A DNA stretch of 60,425 bases, the filler included, from Hausera hauseri (lineage: Eukaryota): the NCBI GenBank assembly GCA_046269625.1. It is 11 parts of 11 records of this genome, joined end to end, with 100 filler letters (N's around TTAATTAATTAA, not from the genome) between each part and the next. Parts side by side here need not be neighbours in the genome. Positions count along the whole stretch, not along the records: positions 1 to 5,313 come from JBJURY010282061.1; positions 5,414 to 9,995 come from JBJURY010518680.1; 9 more parts are not named here. The stretch is one strand, 5' to 3'. A program made the position numbers and the translations under genes. Shown here in pieces: positions 1 to 10,095 of this stretch (position 1 is the first letter of the stretch; each line of letters begins with the position of its first letter). The notes under the pieces are model-generated. The model worked only from the letters and a program-made list of their open reading frames with translations. It did no database searches and was not told the DNA's origin.

Positions 1-55
1 GGTTGTATAGAATGTATAAAATGTTGGTTGGATGTGTGTGAAAAATAATGATTGA

Positions 56-110
56 ATGATCCCTGGCAGGGTTCGGAAAACTGGGGAAACGGGAATAACC
101 ACGGTTGAAA
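56..110 (+). repeat. Conserved non-coding element immediately 5' of the SL, copy 1
   Basis: ATGATCCCTGGCAGGGTTCGGAAAACTGGGGAAACGGGAATAACCA..TGAAA aligns with the reverse complement of 4122-4186. Confidence 0.85.
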
Positions 111-154
111 GCCGTCAAACGGTCTTTACAAAACCATTGTTTTATAATTGCATG
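111..154 (+). ncRNA. Flatworm-type spliced-leader exon (44 nt) fused to an mRNA-derived sequence; not an SL RNA gene
   Basis: GCCGTCAAACGGTCTTTACAAAACCATTGTTTTATAATTGCATG has the 5' GCCGT..ACGGTC hairpin and 3' TTGCATG of platyhelminth SLs. It is followed by a kinase 5' end, not a GT donor or Sm site. Confidence 0.8.
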
Positions 155-165
155 ATGCTTTCACA

Positions 166-391
166 ATGAGCAGTCTGAATGACTTTAAAAGATTACGGAA
201 AATCGGGCAAGGTGCATTTGGTAACGCGTGGTTAGTTGAAGCTAAAGCCGATAATATGAAATACGTTGTAAAAGAAATGGGTTCTTATAAGATGTTCGAA
301 AGAGAATGACTAGATGCCAGAAAAGAGATTCTTCTGCTATCGAAAATGAATCATCAAAATATCGTTACGTATTTGAAATACGAAGAAGAAG
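166..391 (+). pseudogene. NEK1/3/5-like Ser/Thr kinase N-lobe fragment
   Basis: MSSLNDFKRLRKIGQGAFGNAWLV..YVVKEM..ERE*LDARKEILLLSKMNHQNIVTY contains GxGxFG, the VxK lysine, the helix-C Glu and HxNIV. There is a premature TGA at 307-309 and the sequence is truncated after subdomain IV. Confidence 0.85.
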
Positions 392-397
392 GAAAAA

Positions 398-1340
398 TTG
401 CCAAATGAAAAGAAATTAGATGAATGGTACAAACCAAAATTAAAGGAAAATAACGCAATTGGAGCTTTGAAATGTGAAAACCAAGGATGGCAAAATATTC
501 ACTCAATGGATAAGGGCAAGAATAATTTAGATATTTGGAATCAGAGATATATGCTGACTAAGAAAATAACGCAGTTGGAAATTTGTAGTGTCACAGCATT
601 ATCATTTGTTACGATTTATAGAGGTCTTTTGGTAATAAATGTTACATGGAGAGGACGTACATATGTTGGTACCCTACTCGACAGTACAAAATATGATTTC
701 AGTTCATCACAAGCTCAAGACACTGGTATAAAAATAGAAAATTATCAATTTAATCGGTCAAACAGAGGAAAGAAAAGGACACCATCTGTTCATAATCCCT
801 GTACGCGGCCTGCTCGTCTTAGACACAAACATTGTCTAGAGGAAGCGAGTAACTCGTCAGAAATCGGAACTCGACGGATTTCATCGAGACACACACAAAA
901 CTGTTTGAACCAGTTAGATAACATTACAGTATCCGCTGCTCCAAGCATGAGTGGTGAATCCGATATCGATAGTTCGAAAACGTGTATATTTTCCAAGACC
1001 CGTTCGGTTACAAGGTCGGTCGCAAAAAAAAATCTAAGTCCGAACCGGACACCAGTGCCGAAGAAGGTCAAGAAACAACTAGTAAACTCATTCGATGTAC
1101 AAAATCCAACTGTTACAAACGAATTGTCAACAACATTGCCTTTAAATATCATTTGTTGATGGGTCACGGTGATAAAGATGAAATAAATTATGATAATGAC
1201 ATTAAAAACGAACTCAATTGTAATGATAATGAAGATAAAATGGACTGTCTGAAACCGGACAATTCCGTCATCACAGATGTCCCTATAATTGATGAAAAAA
1301 GTATTATTGCAAAAACCAAGATAAGCTGCCAAGCAGCTAA
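398..1340 (+). pseudogene. ZNF608/ZNF609 (Brakeless/Scribbler)-like fragment, frameshifted
   Basis: GLLVINVTWRGRTYVGTLLDSTKYD matches the conserved family block. A single C2H2-like finger, LIRCTKSNCYKRIVNNIAFKYHLLMGH, lies in the next frame (ORF 982-1344). Confidence 0.8.
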
Positions 1341-1509
1341 ATAAATATCATTGACAAAAATATTGATAAAGATTGCAAAAATTTAAAATTAGAAATTATG
1401 AAATGTACTATGAGTGTCCACGATATCCTGGTGTGGACAAGATTAAACAAACGAAAATTTATGAAAAATACTATTGTTGGAACAATAACATAATATTTAA
1501 TTGGTAGCA

Positions 1510-1538
1510 TCGTGGATCGAAACCACGCTCTGCTACCA
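1510..1538 (+). tRNA. 3' fragment of initiator tRNA-Met (about nt 48-76) including CCA, copy 1
   Basis: TCGTGGATCGAAACCACGCTCTGCTACCA has a perfect 5-bp T-stem, the initiator-type loop ATCGAAA (A54/A60), the acceptor strand CTCTGCTA and terminal CCA. Confidence 0.85.
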
Positions 1539-1578
1539 TTTGTTGGATACACATTAACATAATATTTAATTGGTAGAC

Positions 1579-1607
1579 TCGTGGATCGGAACCACGCTCT
1601 GCTACCA
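1579..1607 (+). tRNA. 3' fragment of initiator tRNA-Met including CCA, copy 2
   Basis: TCGTGGATCGGAACCACGCTCTGCTACCA differs from copy 1 only at 1589, which is tRNA position 58. Confidence 0.85.
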
Positions 1608-2077
1608 TTTGTTTGAACATTATCATAAGATTTTAATAATAAATTCGTCCTTGTCTCACATGGTTTGCTGGGCCCATTTCTGGCAAACCTTATTCCATGG
1701 TTCATATTACCCTCTATATAATCTACTCTACCATTTGGCGAAACATTAACATAGCATTTAACTGATAAACTCGTTTTTATATCACACGTTTTTCCCTTCA
1801 AATAATCCACCATATCCCTTTGGTTTCCCCTCCATTCCCCACCTGATATATAATTATATGTGAACCTATTTAAATTTATTTGTGCAATTTTCGCAGCCGT
1901 TGATAACGGAGTGCTGCTCTCCGGGGGATTTTCTCCACCATTAACTTTGTGTCTGTATACAAGCATTCTGAATTTATCATGCACACATACATCAAACACA
2001 CAAACCCTGGCGGGGTTCATCAAACTAAAAAACAAACAATAACTCACAACGATACTATTAACACGACACACAAATAC

Positions 2078-2704
2078 CTTCAGCGTCTTTATCAAGAGTC
2101 CTTCAGCGAACGTATCCTCTTCCACCGTAATTAGTAGTACGATTTTGTCACCAATTTCCTTCGCCAATTCATCTGGGACTTGTAGCTGACTCCCTGACTT
2201 TTCGTTCAAATCACAATCATCCACAGAACTGAGATTTCCAAATAAAGCAGTCACGTCTCGACGAATGAGTTTTGGAACGTTCAGTAAATCTAACTGATCA
2301 CCATATTCAAATTCTGATATACTTTTTTCACATATTTCTTCGTTATCAAATCGTGTTTTAGTTTCAGAATCATGCTGAGATATAAACATCGATACCAGTT
2401 CTAACGTTATAAATTCTAAAATATCCATTTCATAATTTTGCACTTGTTTCTGTAAATAAGACGATTGGGACATTTTTGATAGTCTATGTTTCGGAGGCCT
2501 TTCCTGGCCTGAATTCTCCATATTTTTTGGTGAGAGTCGAGAGGCATGACCCTCGAACTCGTCTGCAACGATAGCTATCCTTTTTTTCTTAAATTTCATA
2601 ATTTTATCTTTGAAATTCAATTCTTCTGTTTTTGTCCGTAACAGGACATTGTAGACAATAATTGTCCATTTCATAATTTGTAAATTTTCAATTTTCTCAA
2701 TCAT
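2078..2704 (-). pseudogene. Unidentified host-gene exon or fragment (N-terminal part of ORF 1337-2704)
   Basis: Protein-like composition ending at a donor-like AAG|GTATTT. The rest of the ORF runs through repeats. Confidence 0.35.
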
Positions 2705-3170
2705 TAATTATCAATTCTACTGCTATAGCAGTAGTACTTTCATACATCTATACACTTATTTATCTACGTACATTCATCAATATTTATATAAATTTATACA
2801 AGTGGGAATTCCCACAAATTATTGCAGCTATCAAATCTACCATAATACAACACTTTCATCAACGGAACCATTTGAGCAGCGTATCCTCTACATCTGCACT
2901 AACTTACGACTGTTATTTGCATGGAATTCGAGGGTAGATTTTATTATCTGTATTTCTCATCTTAGTCTATGATTCTGTCGTTTTAAAAATGACTAATAGT
3001 TCCTCGTTGATCGGAAAATACAGTTGGTATAGACGAGGTGTCGTTTTAATTAATTGGAACGTCAGTAAATGAAGCTTCAATATTACTGATCGGTAATGAA
3101 AGAATGGTGGTGCATCAAGAAGTTATAATAGCTCTCTGTAAATTTGAACAAAGGAGAATGTTGTCATATT

Positions 3171-4070
3171 TTAAGTTTCCAATTGCGTTATTTTCACTTT
3201 ACTGACATCCCTGGATTCTGATAAATGTTCAGTATCGTTTTGGAATTGATTTCCTTTCGTCGTCTCTTTTCTACTCCGACTTTTATTATTTGGAGTTGCT
3301 TTGCTACTCGATACAATCTCTTCATTCGATATATTTTCAACAATTACATCGGCAGATTGAGATTTATCTCTTTTGCGTAAAGTAGCTTTCCTTGGACTAC
3401 TTTTATCGTCAGATGCATTTGATTGATGAGAAATGGAAATACTTTGTGAGATATTGGCTTCATTAGTCGATTTTTCATTACCTGCCGATACCAACAAACT
3501 CCTTTCAAAATGCTCCAATAAACGTTCCTTTATCCCATTGTATTCCCTCGCCAAACGTAAGTAATCCGCAGACGTTGACATCAACGAAGACGACAACTGT
3601 ACGCCACTTAAAAATCCCTCATTAAAAATCCTCATAGTCTCAGCACATACATCACACGGACTGCTGCTCAAATCGGCAATACTCGTCTTCTGTGCAACAA
3701 CCTGATCTGTCAACATCGACACTAACTTATTCTCCATAGCCTCTCGTCTATTATTCGCCGTCATCTCGCGTATTTCCTTCTCCAACAATTTGTTTTCGCT
3801 CACCAGCAATTCATTCCGTTTTTCGTATAGTTTATTGTCATTTGTCAATTTCAATACGTTAATTTCGTCGCGCAATTTTACATTGTCATCGTTACATATC
3901 TATTGTTGGGCAATCTCGAGTAATCTGTTCTTCTATTGTTTAATGACGCTCTTGCTCTCATCAACTTCGGCTTTGAGTAACTTTATTTCTTGTTCACATT
4001 TTAATTTGTCAAAATTCACCAATTTCATATTATTCTTCAAATTACGTATATTGCTACTACATTTTGACAT
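3171..4070 (-). pseudogene. Coiled-coil protein pseudogene downstream of SL copy 2
   Basis: The frame MSKCSSNIRNLKNNMKL..KQ*KNRLLEIAQQ*ICNDDNVKLRDEINVLKL continues into ORF 3171-3875. It is heptad-rich, has two TAG stops and shows no visible intron. Confidence 0.6.
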
Positions 4071-4077
4071 GGTTCAA

Positions 4078-4121
4078 CATGCAATTATGAAACAATAGTT
4101 TTGTAAAGACCGTCTAACGGC
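4078..4121 (-). ncRNA. Flatworm-type spliced-leader exon (44 nt), copy 2
   Basis: The minus strand reads GCCGTTAGACGGTCTTTACAAAACTATTGTTTCATAATTGCATG, 40/44 identical to copy 1. Its 5' GCCGTTAGACGGTCTT resembles the planarian SL (recalled). Confidence 0.85.
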
Positions 4122-4186
4122 TTTCAGTCCTCGTAGACTATGGTTATTCTCGCTCTCCCAGTTTTCCAAACCCTTCCAGGGATCAT
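4122..4186 (-). repeat. Conserved non-coding element immediately 5' of the SL, copy 2
   Basis: ATGATCCCTGGAAGGGTTTGGAAAACTGGGAGAGCGAGAATAACCA-(insert)-TGAAA. Confidence 0.85.
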
Positions 4187-4796
4187 GTCACACTCATACT
4201 TATTTCGCACACTCTGTTTTTATATCACGCACATTCATTCAACCATTTTAACCTTTAACAACCCGATTTTTATCAACCAGTACACACAGTGCAACCAACA
4301 TGAACACACACATTTATACACATTCATACACACATATATATACACTATATATTTATATATACACTATATACATCCCCTACCCTTTTTCACTTAATCTTCT
4401 TGATGTTGGCCGGATTCCCCAACTAATCAGTCAGGTTCCAACAGACTGTATACCTACAATCAAAGCAAAACCTGAAAGAAAACCTGATGAATGAAGATAG
4501 AATAATTATTTCACCGATTCTGTGTCAAACAATCAAAAGTAATACGAATTTTGTTTAATTGTGATGTATATAGTTAAAATATGATATGCACGCATACACG
4601 TCATTTTACAATATTTTGTTTTCAATATGGTATTTGTGAGGTGGGATTGAAACGGATATTAACGTATAAATTTAATTCAAAGGTAATTCAGTAAACAGCC
4701 AACAGAAAGTTAGGAAATTCAGAAAAAAAGGAAAATAAGACTCATTTCACGAGTGAATTAGATAAATGTTATAGAAACTTTTATAATAAATATCTT

Positions 4797-5313
4797 ATGG
4801 ATAATTCTATTTTACAATCTTCAAGTGACGTTGAGGTCGGGATGGTAGATGCTCGATCTACTAACATGGCGACCAACGCTTCAAGAGACTTCTTCGTAAA
4901 GAAATTGATGCCAAAAGAATTCCAGAAAGGTGACTACGTGGAAACCTTTATGGGAAAATGCGAGAGATACTTCGACTTTATAAAGATGTCGGAGAAGGAC
5001 CGTGAAACTGTGGTCCTGTGCCTGTTGGCGGAACAGGCACAGGAAAAATACAATTTGGTGAACTAGAAGGTTAAAGGGTACCAAAGCAGGTTGAGAAAAG
5101 CATTTTCAAAGCCCACAACACAGTGCGGATATATGTATGAGGCATTGAACTGCAGAATGAGGAGGGGGGAGAACCGGAAGCCTACTTCAACAAAATCGAA
5201 CAACTGGGTGCTCTAACAGAGGGATTGATGATCTACTGTTGCGACAATCCAGAGATGAGAAAGGAAATCTACCGCAGTGACGAAAAAAGTGTTGAACAAA
5301 TCAAAGAGAAAAT
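4797..5313 (+). mobile_element. Ty3/Gypsy-like gag fragment, degenerate
   Basis: PKEFQKGDYVETFMGKCERYF..LLAEQAQEKY..LRKAFSK follows a capsid-like pattern, with a stop and a frameshift. Confidence 0.6.
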
Positions 5314-5413
5314 NNNNNNNNNNNNNNNNNNNNNNNNNNNNNNNNNNNNNNNNNNNNTTAATTAATTAANNNNNNNNNNNNNNNNNNNNNNNNNNNNNNN
5401 NNNNNNNNNNNNN
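5314..5413. other. Artificial contig linker, first of ten (others at 9996, 14747, 22561, 27991, 33519, 37752, 43900, 48330, 55417; each 100 bp)
   Basis: Each is an identical 44N-TTAATTAATTAA-44N block with stops in all six frames. Confidence 0.98.
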
Positions 5414-5478
5414 TTAATGCAATTGGAGAATTTAAATTTGACAGTTTTTCTCGATTCTCTTTTTTTGATATATTTCAT

Positions 5479-8400
5479 TTGTTTCAATATATATTATCTG
5501 TTATATGTTATATGTTATGGTATCTGATTAACTTGTTATTAATTTATTATAGATTATTGACAAAGGATTTTTGGCAAAATAAACAGTTATACAATTGTTA
5601 TTTTCTTTTTACGCACTATTATTCAATGTCTATGGATATTTATCCCATTGTAAATACAGGAATTTCTCTAAATTTAACAATGGTGTCAGATGAATTTCGA
5701 ATTTTGCATTGTCCAAATGAAGACATGAATGCGGATAAGCCCATGCGAGAACAGAGACTGTCAACTAGCATGGAGATATTGGGTATAAAAGAACACATTA
5801 ATGTTCAAATACCAGAAGAGGTGATTAAACATACCAGACCAGGAGTGATGAAGGTATTGTACATCATCACCGATGGTGTCCGTTTAGCGAAACTCGCTGA
5901 CATTTTGCTTGGCACAAATGTATTGAATCAGTTGCGTTATCCCGCCGAAAACATTACACGCAAAGAGTACAACGTCAAACTTGCCGTTGATGCATTCATA
6001 AAAGCAGGAACGCCGATGGCTAAATATTCCGGTGATACGATAGACGTATCACAAATTGTTTATGGTCACCGTGAAAATACTCTGGCAATACTTTGGTGTA
6101 TCATTTCCAAACACTATATCGATGCATTGATAGACCGCAGGAAACTCACCATTGAAATCGAAAGACATGGAGGAGTTGTCGATCAGAGTTTATCAAAGAA
6201 GAACGTGTTGATGTTATGGGTCAATACGATTTGCAGAATTTACAATGTCGATGCTGTGGATTATCAACGACGTGTCGATAGTCTGTTGGTGCATCATTAT
6301 TTACCGGAATTTCTGAAATTGTCGGAAATTAGTATTGGGCACCGGTATTTGCGGGATCCCATTACGGGGGATAAATATAATCTGGAGTTATTTTGTAATA
6401 AGATTAAAGAAGTCGGCGGTGCTCCTGTAATAATTAATAATGAAACATTTGAACAAGACGCACTATTTTCCATATTAGCTTTTTTCAGTAGTCGCTTGAT
6501 CGACTTGATGTATCAATTTAGATCCGCTATCTGTATTCAAAGAGCTTGGAGAAAGTACAATGAATGGCATAAATATTACGTTTGGTTTATCGAGCATGAA
6601 AACAAAGTTATTAAAATACAGTCAATCGTTCGAATGTTTATTGCTAAGAAATCCTTTAATCAAACGAAACAAAAAGTTATTATGTGTCAAGCTGTTGTTA
6701 GAGGATTCATTCAGCGGAAAAGGTTTAGAAAAACATTGGACTGTGTTATAACAATACAAAAGTTTATTCGTGGATTTCTTAAACGTAGATGGTTTAGAAA
6801 GTTGAAGAATGCTGCTATAGTTTTACAGTCTCACTATCGACGACGTGTATGTGAAATGCACTATAGAAATTTTCTTCACTCTGTAGTGACAATACAAAGT
6901 TCGTTCCGAGGATTCTTATGCAGAAAGCAGTATCAAAATATACTGCGGTCCGTTGTTATTTTTCAAAAGTATTTCAAAGGCTACATGGCAAGAAAACATT
7001 TTACGTGTTTAAAAGAGTCAACGATCGTTATACAGAAAAATATTCGTGCCTATATAGCCAGAAAAAAGTACCTGCAGATTTATGAATCGGCAATTATTAT
7101 TCAAAAGTTTTTCAGAGGTTTTCTAGTTCGAGCGCATATCAGAAGATTGAATGAAGCTGCCTCCATAATTCAGAAACATTATAAGGGACATTTTTGTAAA
7201 CAACGTTTGCAGAATTTAAAAAATTCCGCTATTGTCATTCAAAAATATTTTAGAGGACATATGGTAAGGGAAATGTACAGACAGGATGTTCATTCTATCA
7301 CTGTTGTACAAAGTTGTATTCGACGGTTTTTGTGTCGAAAGAAATATACGCGACTTGTAGATGCTTCAGTCACTATTCAAAAATATTTTAGATTATACTC
7401 CATCAGAAAATCATTTATTCGAATGAAACAAGCGTCTATAACTATTCAATCAAGGTTTCGATCATATATTTGTAGAAAACGTTTTTTGCAACAAAAGTCG
7501 GCTACTGTGACTATTCAAACTTGGTTCCGCAAACATTATCAAAAGAAATACATCCAATTGAAGAGATCTGCAATTTGTATTCAAGCATTCTATCGAGGCG
7601 TATATCAAAGAAGACAGTACAATATACTAAAACAGTCCATCATTGTTATTCAGAAATTTTGGCGAGGCCATATGCAGTATATTAAGTATCATGAAATCCG
7701 ACAGTCCGCTATCATCATACAAAAATGTACTCGTCGGTTTATAGCTCTGCGAAATTTTCGTCACATATTGAGCGCTTGTGTCACAATTCAGAAAAACGTT
7801 CGCTGCTTTTTGCAGTATAAACGGTTTTGTGAATTAAAATCAGCTGCTATCACAATTCAAAAATGTTTCCGAAGTTACATTTGCAGTAAGAAATACCAAT
7901 TCACAAGAAATGGTACAATTACGATTCAACGATTTACTAGAGGCTATCTGGTACGGCGGGATTACAATGCAAAATTGCAAACCATAATTAAAATCCAATC
8001 AGTTTTCCGGTGTTTAATATCTCTAAATCGTTATAATATCGTAAGAAATTCAGTAATCCTAATCCAAAAACATATTCGGGGACTTTTAGTTAAGGTAAAA
8101 TATCAGAAAATATTAAGAGCAGTTATACTTGTTCAAAGCCACATTCGATGTTACTTGAACCGGAAACGATATCTCCGAATCAAAAGGATTAGGTGTGCCG
8201 TGATTATTCAAAAGGTTTGGAGAGGTTATATGGTAAGGAAATCCGTTGCAAGCCAAGAAAAGGGCAAAAAATTCAAAGAAATAAGATTGAGCTTTATAGA
8301 AGCCCAGAAGAAATTTTCTATTTCCAATACTCTCCGAATTATGGGCACAAAGGCTTTGAACGATTTAAAAAAGACCAATTGCACAATTGCAAAAATTCTT

Positions 8401-8618
8401 AGCTGTTTAGCCGGTCTTGGTATGGTATTTAATTCCAATGACCTGATTTTAGTCATCACTTAGAAAAAGTCACTAGACTTTCCAAAGAAATGTGTCATTG
8501 GTTGGTTGAGTCAAATGCTTGCGAAATACTTACCGATCTAATTCGAGACTGCAATCGAGGAGTTGCTGACTCGGAGGTCGTTTCAAAATCAATATCAGTT
8601 CTTTTTAATTTAAGTAAA
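5479..8618 (+). CDS. ASPM: Abnormal spindle-like microcephaly-associated protein homolog, partial, with a 44-bp intron at 8420-8463
   Basis: CH domain DGVRLAKLADIL..IVYGHRENTLAILW, roughly 25 IQ motifs, and after the GT..AG splice the C-terminal block LEKVTRLSKEMCHWLVESNA..LIRDCNR..VLFNLSK. The 5' part of the ORF is probably intron read-through. Confidence 0.92.
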
Positions 8619-10095
8619 GCCGAAATTCTTAATATGGAAATAGGTATACTATCCTCCATTCCAGGGACAGGTGTGGCTGTTTTTATACCGAAATACTTCG
8701 TTATATACGTTGGCCATATGGGATCCCATCACCTTCCAACGATATCCGAATTTACACACCTTTTGGGTATTGCCTACAATTCGGCATTTTCGCACAAATC
8801 CAATTACGTAAGATTTCAATCAACAAGTGTTACGCATATACTCGACGATTCGTGGTTTGACCAGGTGGACGGATTATATTTGACAGATCTACGCCAATTT
8901 ATACCGAATGAGGTACATTCTTTTTTATTAACATGTAATAAATATAATATACTCTTACAGTTATCCGTCCTTTTGCTATAACCCGGAATTACTTTTGTCA
9001 CATACTTTTCCACGTTGAGTGTGCCGGTTCTCAATACCGATTCTCATTTTTATTTTATGGTTTTTTTATTCGTTGCCAATGTGTACAACGTGGACGTACA
9101 TGTCGTTTTACTTGAATCCAATACTTCTCACAATTCGAATACGGTTATAAATACAGATACTTTTCAAATGTTCAAAACAATGGTTGCAGTCGAAATCGCC
9201 TGTTGGTTTCAATATACGACAGATTTCGACAAACTTATTAAGTTTGATAACGCAGAAATGCGCCTTGTTATAAATTTCGATAAGCTAGAATGGATGGACA
9301 CATTTTGTAAAACTTTCAACGGGCTATTAAGAATTTAGAATAGATTTATAGTCACTCATAATTCGGTCGATGGGACCATTGCTGGACATTTCATGACTTA
9401 CTTTAACGAATGGTGCGATACATTATTTTCATTTTTCGATCATCTGGAGGTTACAAATCCCGTCCGAAAAATATTCAGTATTCTACAGTTACATCACATC
9501 TTTCAATCCCCGCGACAAACTATAGTGCATAACATAACCGTTTGTTCTTCGTCAACGGTCTTTGTTTTCTATGCTACTTCCATACTACCCGTTTATCAAA
9601 ATATTGAAAAATTACAAATTTCTGGGCATTAGTTATTAGATTATGGTGACAGCGATTCTATCTTTTACCCAGCCCCATCGGTTGGATTCTACGACAGACC
9701 TCTCTTTTCACCTCAGATATTTCGACCCCGTTGTAGTGGAACCAATCCTTCAGCTGTCATCCCAATGGCCGTGGGGTACGGAGAGCGATGCGCAGGAATG
9801 TTATACCACTCAACCGGCTGTCTATTACCTACACTTTTCATTTTATGTTTTTTAAATAATAAATTGGTACATACTCTAAATGTAATAAACCATATAAATA
9901 TTACACATTTATATGACCATATTCGTACAATAACCCTTATCTTCGATTTTTACCTTACTCACAATGGCTTCGTTCTTAATATTCTTCAAGACATCNNNNN
10001 NNNNNNNNNNNNNNNNNNNNNNNNNNNNNNNNNNNNNNNTTAATTAATTAANNNNNNNNNNNNNNNNNNNNNNNNNNNNNNNNNNNNNNNNNNNN

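Larger units (their letters stand above)
1472..1762. repeat. Array of four ~30-bp AT-rich units interleaved with tRNA-derived segments
   Basis: Units resembling TTTG.....AACATTAACATAATATTTAAT lie at ~1474-1501, 1539-1570, 1608-1637 and 1734-1762. The two tRNA-containing units have a 69-bp period. Confidence 0.8.

Noticed and set aside
1500-1610. Complete tRNA genes
   Set aside because: There is no D arm or anticodon arm in place; only the T arm and 3' acceptor strand are present.
1472-1762. CRISPR array
   Set aside because: It has a repeat-spacer look, but the repeats are degenerate, two spacers are the same tRNA fragment, there are no cas genes and the context is eukaryotic.
1337-2704. 455-aa protein with a TNGSRAWFRST repeat
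   Set aside because: The C-terminal half is read-through of non-coding repeats. The peptide repeat is the antisense of the tRNA fragment.
4478-4530. Hammerhead ribozyme (CTGATGA at ~4484)
   Set aside because: I found no convincing stem II followed by GAAA and no cleavage triplet.
5358-5369. Recurring palindrome TTAATTAATTAA and ORFs running into X residues
   Set aside because: This is the assembly linker. Adjacency across linkers carries no biological meaning.
8620-9640. Alternative genetic code explaining the many stops in the window
   Set aside because: All three stop codons and frameshifts interrupt the ORFs, while ASPM, Gag and Pol read long in the standard code. Pseudogenisation is the simpler explanation.
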